Source: a virus
Taxonomy: Duplodnaviria > Caudoviricetes
Virus record (IMG/VR): IMGVR_UViG_3300009703_000023
Coordinates: 1 to 54,963 of that record
DNA: 54,963 nt
Strand: one strand, 5' to 3'
The notes below the pieces were generated by a model. That model was not told the DNA's origin and made no database searches. It was given only the letters and a program-made list of their open reading frames with translations. Within the stretch, counting starts at the first letter, position 1, and every line of letters starts with the position of its first letter. The position numbers and the translations under genes were made by a program. Of the stretch, positions 9,099-18,418 are shown one piece after another.

Positions 9099-9758
9099 CT
9101 ACTGTTCAATAAAAATTATCTGTTTTTGGCTAGCCCAACACAGGCTGCAGGTTCCACAGTTTTTAGTTTTGCCTGTTTGTTCCGGGCAGATAAGTGCGCC
9201 TGTCTTAGCTCTAACGATTTCCGCTTGGTCCACATTCTTCGCAACAGTAGTGCTGAACGTTGTGTTCTCGTCATCGCTGAATCTTACAGCGCACTTGTCA
9301 GAAACGTTGAGCTTGTTAACAGCCCTGCCTATTTCTGACTCAGAGCGATGGTGGGTATACCCCCACACCCTTAGAGCAGTATGAGTTTCTAGCCGGTCCT
9401 CCCAGAACTCAACATAAGCTTTGCTAAAAAAATCTCCAAGGACATGAAGACGTACAACGAATCCACTAGGGTGCTTATGCTCAAGCATGGTTAAGTTAAC
9501 GTCTAGCATCTTTAGGAACTTAGGGTCTGTATGGTCATACCTATTAGCAAAAGGCATGTTGTTTCCGTAACAGTTATCCCACTGTTCACAGTTAGACGGA
9601 CAAGACGCTCGTTCTTCGAGAGTGAGTGAGTAGATCGGAAGCCCTTTCCAAGCTCCTTTTTTAATAACCCCCTTAAGTTTCTTGTTGTTCCTCCCTGGCT
9701 TTAGCATCTCTGGGGTCGGAGTTTTGATTGTCTTCTTGAACTTCGTGTTGGTTAGCAT
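9099..9758 (-). CDS. GP88-like Cys-rich (putative Fe-S) protein
   Basis: CPSNC-x5-CY, RLHVLGDF, and C-terminal CP-x8-CGTCSLCW. Confidence 0.65.
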   Translation of the reverse strand: MLTNTKFKKTIKTPTPEMLKPGRNNKKLKGVIKKGAWKGLPIYSLTLEERASCPSNCEQWDNCYGNNMPFANRYDHTDPKFLKMLDVNLTMLEHKHPSGFVVRLHVLGDFFSKAYVEFWEDRLETHTALRVWGYTHHRSESEIGRAVNKLNVSDKCAVRFSDDENTTFSTTVAKNVDQAEIVRAKTGALICPEQTGKTKNCGTCSLCWASQKQIIFIEQ

Positions 9759-9838
9759 GTAGCTCTTTTTCTCGGTTGTCCCGTAGTTGCTTGAGAGTAA
9801 GGATGACGTGTAGTGCGGCTAGAAGTTTCAATAGCAGA

Positions 9839-10036
9839 TTAGTCATCAAGATCTTTGTCACTTCTAAACAAGATCCAAAACCCGCCAATGACTACTGCAA
9901 TCGCTACAAGTATCCAGATGGCTGTAAAGACGTGGTAGGCAATGATTGCTGCTACAAGAAAAACGACAGATATCAAAAACCAAGCGCCAAATTCTTTTAA
10001 GCGTTGAAGCATGGCTGCTATTTCTCCATAAGCCAT
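9839..10036 (-). CDS. Small two-helix membrane protein
   Basis: 65 aa with two hydrophobic stretches. Confidence 0.55.
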   Translation of the reverse strand: MAYGEIAAMLQRLKEFGAWFLISVVFLVAAIIAYHVFTAIWILVAIAVVIGGFWILFRSDKDLDD

Positions 10037-10335
10037 ACACGTAACCCGGAAACGTCGTTCTCAGTCCACATTCTGGTCACTATTTTATAGTGCGCCCTAG
10101 AAGTATCTTCATCTCGCCATCGAATAAAAGCGTTGTGTACGGCTGCACGTTTGTTTTGCCGTGCTCGATATATGGGATCTGAACGTTTGGTTTTCCGTGA
10201 GGATTTTGTGGCTTTTTCTGAAATAGGGGTAAAGAAAGAATCGCCAGGGTTCATATCGTCCCAATTGTTGTATATAGGACTGCGGTTTAGGTGTCTTGCT
10301 TTAGGTATGGGTATGTCTTTTTCTACCGTGAACAT
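10018..10335 (-). CDS. Small basic putative DNA-binding protein
   Basis: VEKDIPIP...MNPGDSFF...GLRVW pattern; GGAGG RBS. Confidence 0.65.
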   Translation of the reverse strand: MFTVEKDIPIPKARHLNRSPIYNNWDDMNPGDSFFTPISEKATKSSRKTKRSDPIYRARQNKRAAVHNAFIRWRDEDTSRAHYKIVTRMWTENDVSGLRVWLMEK

Positions 10336-10612
10336 TTTTGTTCCTCCGTGATTTAGCTACCGATGCTTTATGAGCACGAGCTTCTTCGTTTTCATCACCA
10401 AACCAATGCTCGATGATGTGTTGTTTTAGGTTAGCGAGACTTAGCTCAGTGTCGTTGCTAAGTATTTTTATCTGGCTGGGGGTTACTACGTGGTTTGAGT
10501 AGTTATGCACTTCTTCTGATTTGAATATGAAGTGGTAGTTTTTCTCGTCGACAACACCGTAGTAAGTGATTTTGTCTCTACGTATCTTGGCTTTCATATT
10601 AGTTATAGCCAT
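10301..10612 (-). CDS. Hypothetical protein
   Basis: 103 aa ORF in the minus operon, downstream of a terminator. Confidence 0.55.
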   Translation of the reverse strand: MAITNMKAKIRRDKITYYGVVDEKNYHFIFKSEEVHNYSNHVVTPSQIKILSNDTELSLANLKQHIIEHWFGDENEEARAHKASVAKSRRNKNVHGRKRHTHT

Positions 10613-10640
10613 TAGGCTTCAATAGTTAAGGGCTAGAGAT

Positions 10641-10694
10641 AAAAAAGCCCCCCACCTAGCCGTCCGTGGAGCGGAGAGAACTAGATGGAGGGCC
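10641..10694 (-). terminator. Rho-independent terminator
   Basis: Minus strand GCCCUCCAUCUAGU...GCUAGGUGGGGGGC followed by UUUUUU. Confidence 0.75.
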
Positions 10695-10823
10695 ACGTTG
10701 CTACGCAGGCCACGGGGGTAACCAGTTGACGTCTACATGCGGGAATGGGGAGTAGATGTCATATACATAGCAACAGTGTTGAGTGGGGCCATAGGAGCCG
10801 ACCTTGTTGCTTAGGCAAGGCCG
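10641..10823 (-). ncRNA. Candidate structured sRNA / 3'UTR RNA with C-rich loops, ending in an intrinsic terminator
   Basis: Five hairpins found by eye; most imperfect pairs are G-U only on the minus strand; ends in a 14-bp stem plus U6. Confidence 0.5.
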
Positions 10824-11573
10824 TTATAGAACCCCCCACTCACACTCGGGGTAGTCGCCTTTCTTGTAGCTGCACCAACGACAAGCTTCCTTACTTGGTG
10901 TCGGGGGGAAGTCTTCAGCTGTTGTCATGGCGACCGCTCTTTGGTGCCAACCCGGAACAAACGTCATGGCTTGCTCTCGAGTATAAGGTTTCTTCGTTGT
11001 CTCCCCTTTATCTATGTACCAAAACTCCGTTTGTACGTACTCGATATGCGGGTAACGGAAAAAAGTTCCAATTGCGTACAGCAGTCCTTGCTGTGAGTGA
11101 GCAATTTCGTTCCCCCACTTCTTTCCTGTTTTGTAGTCGATAACACGAGCAGACGTGTCGTCCTGTTGGACTAGCGCGTCTAGTTTTATCCTCGCCCAGG
11201 TGTCTTCACCCATCCAACCTACGGGTTTCCAATCCATGGAAAACCCCCATTCGCCTTCTAGTTCTACCTTGCCATCGACAAACAATGATCGTAGTTCGTC
11301 AAAGTCATCTTCGAACTTAGAAAGGGTCTTGGGAAATTCATCGAGTTTTCCAGCTACCCAATCTTCAGCTTCTTGGTGGATCTCGGATCCACGGTCGGCA
11401 GCTGGCGATGAGGGTTCTGAAATCCTCTTTACCCGTGATATGTAGGTTCTGTAGGGGCAGTCTTCAAAAACCTTCAGCGCGGAGTAAGACCACGCTCTAA
11501 CAAGACCAAGCTTGTCTGGTTTTTTTAGAACGTTCGCCCCATCTGGACGTTCTGTTTGTGTTAGCTGGACCAC
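10824..11573 (-). CDS. Cas4-like PD-(D/E)XK exonuclease
   Basis: WSYS...CP, RGSEIH, LD...IDYKTG, Q-x3-Y and C-terminal CRWC-x8-C (four-Cys Fe-S staple). Confidence 0.88.
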   Translation of the reverse strand: MVQLTQTERPDGANVLKKPDKLGLVRAWSYSALKVFEDCPYRTYISRVKRISEPSSPAADRGSEIHQEAEDWVAGKLDEFPKTLSKFEDDFDELRSLFVDGKVELEGEWGFSMDWKPVGWMGEDTWARIKLDALVQQDDTSARVIDYKTGKKWGNEIAHSQQGLLYAIGTFFRYPHIEYVQTEFWYIDKGETTKKPYTREQAMTFVPGWHQRAVAMTTAEDFPPTPSKEACRWCSYKKGDYPECEWGVL

Positions 11574-11597
11574 AGTTTCTTCCCAACTAGAAACCTC

Positions 11598-11612
11598 ATT
11601 AGCAGAGCTAAT
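11598..11612. promoter_or_regulatory. Palindromic operator copy 2 (ATTAGC-AGA-GCTAAT)
   Basis: Between primase and exonuclease; overlaps TGcTATATT (extended -10-like) on the minus strand. Confidence 0.75.
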
Positions 11613-11625
11613 ATAGCATATCTTA

Positions 11626-14139
11626 TTACACAGTCGATATAAGACGTTGGTCGTCGTGCGTGAAGTAAGTATCTATTAGATGGGTCTGCTCGTTAGGTGT
11701 CAGTTGCCAGTCAACTACTACGCCTCGTATCGGATTGGCATCACGCCCTGCATTAAACGGTCGTTTACGTTCTGGGGATAAACCGTTTCTGCTCATCCGT
11801 TTAGTGAAGTCTTTGATTGAGTATCTTGGATTTTGCTCTGTCTGCACGTGATACACAGTTCTTAAATGCTCCATTGGAATAACTGCGTAATCGTTAGCTT
11901 GATCAGCAATCCACGCTTTTACTATGCGCTGCGCTGTATCTATGTCGCCGCTGTTGAGTACAGTAGTTGTATTAATGTCGAGAATGTCAGTGAAGAATGT
12001 GAGGTTGCCTACTTTGACGGCTTCACTAAATTCCTCAAAGACGGACATTGATACTGAGCGCATAACTCGTTTGGCAGAGTTATCCACAGGTGTAGTAGCC
12101 AGACGTCTGTCTACATTGAAGGCGGCGAGTACACCTGCTAAATGCCACAGCTCTTTTTCAATTTGATTCGAATCGATCTTGTCTGATATGTCGTCGAAGG
12201 TATCAAGCAGTTTGTTCTCTTGAGAAGGCGCTATGTTGTAGCGGCGATCTCCTGGTTCAATGCTTACTGCATCGGCGCGGTTAGTTAGAAAGATGAAGTT
12301 TGTATAGTTCGGTATCTCAAGCTGGTTTGACCGCATGGCTCGAATCGTAATAGTACGTTCTGTGATCTGAGTCTTTAGCTGGTCAGCCATCTTTCGTATG
12401 CCAGCTGATGCGCTAGCCATATGAAACTCATCTACTACAAGAAATAGTGCGTCTCGCATATACAGATTGAACTGTTCTTCCATATTACGTAGGTATCTCA
12501 TGGGCGCATGATGCAGTCCAAACAGTCCTCGTAGTATGCGGGTGTAGAAAATACCTTTACCTGTTCCTTGGACACCCGACAGAACCCAAGCTACACCTGT
12601 CTTCTGACGGTTTTGATATATGAAAGCTAGCCAGTTGATGAACCTTTCAAACTCTTCGTCACCGTTACCGAGCATGTGGTACATGATCTGGTAGCACAGC
12701 GGCGTCAGTTCTTTCAGGTACTTGGCGCTGCCAAACTCAATGTCTACAGATGGTTCTGTAGGATTAAGGGCGTACTTAGTCTTCCTGAAAGTGTTTATGT
12801 AGTAGGGGATCTTCTTTAGGTTAACTGCGGGGTCATCGCTTGCTGGGTCAAAAACCACGCGGCCATCGGGTATGAACTCAGGTAGCACTTTCCCGTGACT
12901 GTTGAGGAACCCTTCAACGTTCTGTTTGGTAATCGGTGTCAGAGGAAATTCATCTGAGAATTGATCAGTGTTCGGGTCAAACATTCCTGCATATATTGTG
13001 TCTGTATCGAAATCTCGCATGACCATTGCTGTTTCAGCCTTGCCGATTTCTTTGAGCTTTTCTTGGAACGTTTCTGGAATCGCAGCAAAGAACTCTGCGT
13101 CGGCTTTTTCGATTTCAAATATCGGTTCTCCTTTGAAGTTGAACATGTAGATGGGATTGTCTGCGTAGAAATAGTAAGCGCCTGAATCACCACCGTTCAC
13201 GTTGCAACGTACAAAGGGAAAGTTCCCGGTATCTACAAAAGATATGGACATCTTGTCTGGGTTGGTGAGTATCTCTACGGGTTCATTACCCAGCGAGGTC
13301 ATTTTGAGTTTGCTGTTTTTCTTTTTGAATCCGCGTTCTTCTCTTAAGCGGTCTTTGGCTTCTTGTCCTTTTTCAAAAGTCTTTTGCGGAGACAAGTTAC
13401 CAATCAGTTGACCTAGATCGAAAGTAGCGCGCTCTCGTTTTATAAGAACAATGCGCTCGTCGTCATCTTCAAAAGGATTTTGATTTGGATCGGAAAAGGT
13501 AGGGGGTGCTATGAAGATTATCTTTGAGTTGTCTGCGACAGATATGTCGAGAGGGTAGGTTAGCGACTGTCCGTTTACGCTTAGGTCCATCTGCTCGGAG
13601 AAGGTGTCCGACTCAAAGTTAGCGTCTTGAAGCCAGAGCTTTATGCTTTTAGGTGGCATGGGCACTTCCAGCAGCATAAAGATGTGCAAGGAAATGGCAT
13701 CTCCTTTTAAGCCTAGGCTAGATGAAGCTTGGGCTATGTAGGAAACGTCGTGCAGCTCTACTGGTAACTCATTCAGCACCTGCCTAGCCAGGAAGCTGAC
13801 GTCGTCTTTTTTGAGCTTGCGACTATAGTCGAGAGGTTTTGGCAGACGAACGCCATCTATGTCTAATACTAGAAGTGAGGAAAGAGTGGTCTTTCCTATG
13901 TGGCCTGCACGGCTTTCTTCTACTAGGGCTTTTTTCAAGTTGCCTTTTAACAGGCAATGGCCTTTAGCTCCGTAGGTTTGGATAAGTTGCTCAAGATCTT
14001 CTAATCCCGCTTGGTCGAGCGTTATATCTTCTTCGTGGGAATTTACAGCCTTGACTAAAGGGTAGGGCGTTACTGATTTTCCTGTATAGGATTTGGACAG
14101 AGGCAAACCATTAGTTGCCTCTAAGAAATGTAGCTTCAA
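11626..14139 (-). CDS. Primase-helicase (prim-pol-like N-terminus plus DUF5906/SF3-like NTPase)
   Basis: LDID and SLH motifs at the N-terminus; GVQGTGKG Walker A, VVDE Walker B, FLTN...DRRY. Confidence 0.85.
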   Translation of the reverse strand: MKLHFLEATNGLPLSKSYTGKSVTPYPLVKAVNSHEEDITLDQAGLEDLEQLIQTYGAKGHCLLKGNLKKALVEESRAGHIGKTTLSSLLVLDIDGVRLPKPLDYSRKLKKDDVSFLARQVLNELPVELHDVSYIAQASSSLGLKGDAISLHIFMLLEVPMPPKSIKLWLQDANFESDTFSEQMDLSVNGQSLTYPLDISVADNSKIIFIAPPTFSDPNQNPFEDDDERIVLIKRERATFDLGQLIGNLSPQKTFEKGQEAKDRLREERGFKKKNSKLKMTSLGNEPVEILTNPDKMSISFVDTGNFPFVRCNVNGGDSGAYYFYADNPIYMFNFKGEPIFEIEKADAEFFAAIPETFQEKLKEIGKAETAMVMRDFDTDTIYAGMFDPNTDQFSDEFPLTPITKQNVEGFLNSHGKVLPEFIPDGRVVFDPASDDPAVNLKKIPYYINTFRKTKYALNPTEPSVDIEFGSAKYLKELTPLCYQIMYHMLGNGDEEFERFINWLAFIYQNRQKTGVAWVLSGVQGTGKGIFYTRILRGLFGLHHAPMRYLRNMEEQFNLYMRDALFLVVDEFHMASASAGIRKMADQLKTQITERTITIRAMRSNQLEIPNYTNFIFLTNRADAVSIEPGDRRYNIAPSQENKLLDTFDDISDKIDSNQIEKELWHLAGVLAAFNVDRRLATTPVDNSAKRVMRSVSMSVFEEFSEAVKVGNLTFFTDILDINTTTVLNSGDIDTAQRIVKAWIADQANDYAVIPMEHLRTVYHVQTEQNPRYSIKDFTKRMSRNGLSPERKRPFNAGRDANPIRGVVVDWQLTPNEQTHLIDTYFTHDDQRLISTV

Positions 14140-14169
14140 TGATGCGCTCCTGGCTACTCTGCCCGGTCT

Positions 14170-14352
14170 CTATTTTTGCTTTTTGCCGTCAGAGAGTTCT
14201 TTTCTGAGAATTTTTACTTCTTTATCGGCTTCAAAAGTAAGACGGACTTGTTGCCCTTCTACTCGGCTTACTTTTACAGACGCCACTACCTCATCACCTT
14301 TAGAGATGATTATGGTTTCCCCTACTTTTCTGGTTAGAACAAGTCGTGGCAT
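14170..14352 (-). CDS. csrA: CsrA/RsmA-like RNA-binding translational regulator
   Basis: MPRLVLTRKVGETIII...QVRLTFEADKEVKILRKEL matches the CsrA fold pattern, including the Arg at the R44-equivalent position. Confidence 0.85.
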   Translation of the reverse strand: MPRLVLTRKVGETIIISKGDEVVASVKVSRVEGQQVRLTFEADKEVKILRKELSDGKKQK

Positions 14353-14353
14353 G

Positions 14354-16168
14354 TCATTTTGAATAAGAAGTGTCGTACCCGCCTTCAGCATTAAGCGGGA
14401 TTTCTGGTGCCCAATTGGGTCTTATGCACATATCTTTGATAAGCATATCAAGCGTTTGATCCGGGTTGGCATCTGGTGCTGTGATTATTATCTCATCATG
14501 TACGGTTAATGCTATTTTCCCATCGGGTATTCTGCTGCTGAGTCGGATCATGCTATCTGTGATTACGATTCGACTCAACGCTTGAACGACGTTTTCTGTG
14601 ATTCTTCCCCCGTAAGTTGACTCACGGTGCCGTTTTCCGTCGTAGCTCAACCCGTCTGCTGTGTACTTTAGGTCAGGGTATTTGAGAGACATGCCATTTG
14701 GCAGCTGCAAGCTGTGGTAGCCAACCGTCAGAGGTCCGTATTTAATGCCTGTGTTCTCCTCACGGAGAGACAGCGACAGCAATTCTTCTAATTTGTTCCA
14801 CAGTATTCGTATTTTTGGGTAGGAATTTCGGTAGGTGTTGACGATCTTTTTAGCTTCGTCTTCGTCGAACTCCATGGCTGGCCCCATGGCTCCGCTTCTT
14901 AGGGTAGCGGCGAATTTTTTATGCCCCATTCCATAACCGAGTCCCAGAATGGCTGTTTTACCGACAAAGCGTTCTGTAGGATCGTCCTTCTTGTTGATCT
15001 CGCGTTTGTACACGCGACTGGCAAATAGACTGTAGATGTCTGCTCCAGCTTCGAATTGGTCCAATAGTTCTTGTTCCCCTGCCAACCAAGCCAGCATTCG
15101 GGCTTCAATGTTCGATAGGTCTGCGACATAGACCAGCTGTCCTTCCGGGGCAATCAAGCATTTTCGTAGTTCGCCTCCTCGGGGGAGGTTTTGCATGTTC
15201 ATTTTCTCAGTCCCACCGAACCTGCCGGTGTGGGCGGCGTAATACCGGATGGGTACTGGGATGAAGTCTTCGTTTACAGCAGCGTCAAGAAACCTTTGTG
15301 CCCTGGTTTCTGTCAGTCTGCTTTTTACGGTTACTCGGGCGTCCCATATATGCTGATGCTGAGGGTACATCGCCTGCAGTTGTTTAAAGCCAGCGTCATT
15401 TTTCCCAAGCGCAGGGATCTGTTCGCCAGTTGTGGGGGAGCGTTTGGTGGGGACGACTATGTCTAAGTCTTCGATTACTTGAGCGAACTTAGGATTGGAA
15501 GCGAGGTTGGCACGATCGAGACCGCTTGCCTCTATGCGAGCTTCAGCTTTCGTAGCCTCTTGCTCTAAGTAAGAAGTCAGACGACAACGGTCAATCTTCA
15601 GTGATGGCTCGCAGAACATTCTTGTTGTTATGTCGATCAGTTCTATTTCGGACTGCGGGTAATGAGGCTCTAGCTGTCTGTAGATGGCATAGGTCAGGTC
15701 TACATCTTGGATGCAGTAACGAGCGATGTCTTCTTCTAGGTCGGGCGGGAGATCGTAAATGCCTTTGGCAGAGGCTAGCTCTTCTCCCTTTCGCATACTT
15801 TCATCGTCGGGGAAGCATCGTTCCGCAATGGACCTTAATGAAGCTGACTGAGCTGGCCACCAGCCGCGACTCATTGCAGCTGTGTCACGGTAGAAGGCAG
15901 GCGTGACTCCGTAGTATTGAGTGAGGATGTAGCCGTCGAATAAAGTGTTTTGACACAGCAGATCTATGTCTGACCAATCTAGGCTGTGGATAAAATCTTC
16001 GGCTTCGTCTTCTCCGTACCAGAGGGTTTCTCCGTCTTCGATTTTTGCTCCTACTCCCCACACTTTGAACATATCGTGGGCGACATATTCCATAGTGGTC
16101 ATCTTGCCAAGGCTTAGCTTGGTGTCGTAGTAAGTTTCGAAATCTAGGGTAAGAAGTTTCATCACCAC
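14354..16168 (-). CDS. polA: Family A DNA polymerase with 3'-5' exonuclease domain
   Basis: LDFET (Exo I), HTGRF, NMQNLP, DLSNIEAR (motif A), KTAILGLGYG (motif B), VHDE (motif C). Confidence 0.95.
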   Translation of the reverse strand: MVMKLLTLDFETYYDTKLSLGKMTTMEYVAHDMFKVWGVGAKIEDGETLWYGEDEAEDFIHSLDWSDIDLLCQNTLFDGYILTQYYGVTPAFYRDTAAMSRGWWPAQSASLRSIAERCFPDDESMRKGEELASAKGIYDLPPDLEEDIARYCIQDVDLTYAIYRQLEPHYPQSEIELIDITTRMFCEPSLKIDRCRLTSYLEQEATKAEARIEASGLDRANLASNPKFAQVIEDLDIVVPTKRSPTTGEQIPALGKNDAGFKQLQAMYPQHQHIWDARVTVKSRLTETRAQRFLDAAVNEDFIPVPIRYYAAHTGRFGGTEKMNMQNLPRGGELRKCLIAPEGQLVYVADLSNIEARMLAWLAGEQELLDQFEAGADIYSLFASRVYKREINKKDDPTERFVGKTAILGLGYGMGHKKFAATLRSGAMGPAMEFDEDEAKKIVNTYRNSYPKIRILWNKLEELLSLSLREENTGIKYGPLTVGYHSLQLPNGMSLKYPDLKYTADGLSYDGKRHRESTYGGRITENVVQALSRIVITDSMIRLSSRIPDGKIALTVHDEIIITAPDANPDQTLDMLIKDMCIRPNWAPEIPLNAEGGYDTSYSK

Positions 16169-16374
16169 GGAAAGTCGTCTCCGTCTATAGGTTCATCTGC
16201 TTGATAATGGGGGTTAGTTAGCACTTCCGGTCGGTACATACTAAGTTTTGCTTCGCGACATCGATCGCATACCCTTGTGAGATAGATGCCTCTTGCATCA
16301 TGTTCACTGGAATGAGACGACGGTTCGCATTCGTATGCCACGTTTTTAACTACGCAAAATATCTCTATTTGCAT
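16162..16374 (-). CDS. Small Cys-containing hypothetical protein
   Basis: 70 aa, DARGIY...VCDRC; coupled to its neighbours. Confidence 0.6.
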   Translation of the reverse strand: MQIEIFCVVKNVAYECEPSSHSSEHDARGIYLTRVCDRCREAKLSMYRPEVLTNPHYQADEPIDGDDFPW

Positions 16375-16724
16375 TAGCTCTTCCTTTCAACTATTTGAGA
16401 GGGGTAGACGAGCATTGGTTCGCTGTACGGTTTTACTAGTACAGTCCCGTCGTCGTTTACTTTTATTACTACCCCAGTCCAATGTTTCATGGCGAAGGTT
16501 ATCTGGTCGTTTTCTTCTGGCTTTTTACTCACTTGTTGCCATATCCGAGGTGTCCCTCTTCGCACTTTTCGCGGTTCGCAGAAGGCAGTTATTTTGTGTT
16601 GTTGGCGTTCTATTTGTTTCGCGTAGTAATTACACGTCAGTACGGATGAGAACAAAGGCGCTTGCTCGGGAGGGTTTACCGGTTCTCCAGCCACAATGAC
16701 TATAAGCGCAAAGACTAAATCCAC
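16374..16724 (-). CDS. Hypothetical protein with hydrophobic N-terminus
   Basis: 116 aa; TAATG coupling with the next gene. Confidence 0.55.
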   Translation of the reverse strand: MDLVFALIVIVAGEPVNPPEQAPLFSSVLTCNYYAKQIERQQHKITAFCEPRKVRRGTPRIWQQVSKKPEENDQITFAMKHWTGVVIKVNDDGTVLVKPYSEPMLVYPSQIVERKS

Positions 16725-16726
16725 AG

Positions 16727-17212
16727 TTAGCTCGTAAGCTGTCTTATTAGTTTTGCTGCTGGGCCTTGTGTCGGACGGTCGTCGTTGAGTTTATCCAACT
16801 CTTTACCGTCTAGGATCATCGCGATACATGCAAGCGCATGACTTAGATGATGTACTCCAGAATCTTCGGCCAAGTCTTCCCCGTCCCACCAAGCTGTTAG
16901 ATGTCGAAGACAGGCTCCATAGTACACACTGGATGAGATCTTTTTCTCTCGCCAGTTGTAAGGGCCGTATTTGTCAGCGCCATCTTGAAAGGCTGTAGCC
17001 ATTTCTATTAATGCAGCAGGCGGGACCAGGTGAAGCTGCGGCTTCTTTGCACCGAAAGTAGTTTTCGGATTGTTGTCGGGGTAACCGGTTGTAAGGAGAG
17101 GCAACTGAACATCGTGACAAGTCTTGGAACAAAATCGTTCGTCTAATGACGTGGCATATAGCGGATTGAATTGCGTCCCGCACTCTCTACAGATGTTAGT
17201 TGTTTTCTCCAT
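16727..17212 (-). CDS. DUF5664-like dATP/dGTP diphosphohydrolase domain protein with N-terminal Zn finger
   Basis: KPQLHLVP...GADKYGPYNW...RH...GEDLAEDSGVHHLSHA; N-terminal CREC...CSKTC. Confidence 0.8.
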   Translation of the reverse strand: MEKTTNICRECGTQFNPLYATSLDERFCSKTCHDVQLPLLTTGYPDNNPKTTFGAKKPQLHLVPPAALIEMATAFQDGADKYGPYNWREKKISSSVYYGACLRHLTAWWDGEDLAEDSGVHHLSHALACIAMILDGKELDKLNDDRPTQGPAAKLIRQLTS

Positions 17213-17291
17213 TGCTCCGCTCCAATAGCAAGTTGACTGATGTTAGCACGCGAGAAACATTCAAGACCTGACCCCGGTAGGGCTGTAAACC

Positions 17292-18416
17292 CTACTCTTG
17301 GTTGTCGGGATGAATGTAGACCACTGTTCCAAAGGGAGCTGTCCCACGGCGGTCTGTAGAGATCCAAAGGACTGGAATACCAGGTTCTTCTCCGAAGTCA
17401 TTGGATTCCAGATCAGTGAAGTACACAATCGCTGCTACATCTGGATGATTCTTATCTACGTAGTCGATAGCTGTATCGAAACGTGTGCCGCCTCCTCCTA
17501 CGGGCTGATATTCATGAAGCTCAAACTCTTGAGCCGGATCCACGACCAGTTCGTTTTCTACATCTGTGTCGCACGACAAGATCACCAGTTTTTCTGGGCT
17601 TAAAGCTTGGTGGATATACCGTACTTCTGTAACGAATTGGTTGAGCAGCTCTGGATCTGCTGTTATTGAAGCTGAAGTGTCGAATATAACTGCGAATGGC
17701 TCAGCAGCTGGAATCCCTAAGCTGGGAAGATATTCGTCTTCAGATATATAGGCTCGGTTGGGTTTCCTCCATGAGTAGTCTGTTCGGGAAAGCGATTGCA
17801 GGAAGGGCCAAAGTACGGAGCGCCAGTTAACCAGCGGCGCTATTGCATCTTCTACAAGAAGCTTTAGATGAGCTGGCATTTTGCCTGCTCTTTCTGCGGC
17901 TTCTTTAGCAGCAGCTACATTTTGTTGCCAACGTACTTCCTCCGCAGATTCATTTGCAGGTGCGTCTAGTACTCCGCCCCATTTGCAGCCTTCAGCGCCG
18001 TCGGGAAGAGCTGCATATACATCGTCGGTGTGCATGCCTTCGAATTGGGAGTCGTGAAGTCCGCCATCAGGAAGAATGAAGCCAGCCTTCAAGAGGCAGA
18101 GGTTGATTACATGATCACCTGCGACATTCCATTTTTTTGGGTCTCGTTGGCCTCGTCGGGTGTGATGCTGCAGCGCTGGATGCATTACTTCATGAGCAAT
18201 AAGCCCCATGGTCTGCAGAATATCTTGTTTGCCCATCCACTTAGGATCGTAAAACAACCGTCTTCCGTCAGTAGCTGCCGTTCCTTCGGCTTTTTCTGGA
18301 TCTACTACGGGAGTAAGGCTAAGTGCTAATGTCCCGTAGAAAGGATGATCCAATAGAAGATTGTTACGGGCTTTGCTTATTTGGCGTTCGACCTTTTCAA
18401 GGTCTTCTTGGTCCAT
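17292..18416 (-). CDS. DUF2201-type metallopeptidase plus vWA domain protein
   Basis: TAATDG, HEVMH, D-x2-IN; vWA MIDAS-like DTSAS, GGGGT, FTD. Confidence 0.88.
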   Translation of the reverse strand: MDQEDLEKVERQISKARNNLLLDHPFYGTLALSLTPVVDPEKAEGTAATDGRRLFYDPKWMGKQDILQTMGLIAHEVMHPALQHHTRRGQRDPKKWNVAGDHVINLCLLKAGFILPDGGLHDSQFEGMHTDDVYAALPDGAEGCKWGGVLDAPANESAEEVRWQQNVAAAKEAAERAGKMPAHLKLLVEDAIAPLVNWRSVLWPFLQSLSRTDYSWRKPNRAYISEDEYLPSLGIPAAEPFAVIFDTSASITADPELLNQFVTEVRYIHQALSPEKLVILSCDTDVENELVVDPAQEFELHEYQPVGGGGTRFDTAIDYVDKNHPDVAAIVYFTDLESNDFGEEPGIPVLWISTDRRGTAPFGTVVYIHPDNQE

Positions 18417-18418
18417 AC

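Noticed and set aside
9673-9888. Extra small minus-strand gene (MTNLLLKLL...)
   Set aside because: Overlaps the GP88-like gene by about 85 nt with weak RBS support; possible but not supportable.
10745-11143. Plus-strand 132-aa ORF, or a plus-strand CsrB-like GGA sponge at 10650-10800
   Set aside because: The ORF is antisense to the exonuclease; G-U pairing and the U-tract favour the minus-strand RNA, though one helix pairs better on plus.
16727-17212. 2-aminoadenine (Z) genome system
   Set aside because: A DUF5664-like gene is present, but no PurZ/adenylosuccinate-synthetase-like gene or HD dATPase is visible.
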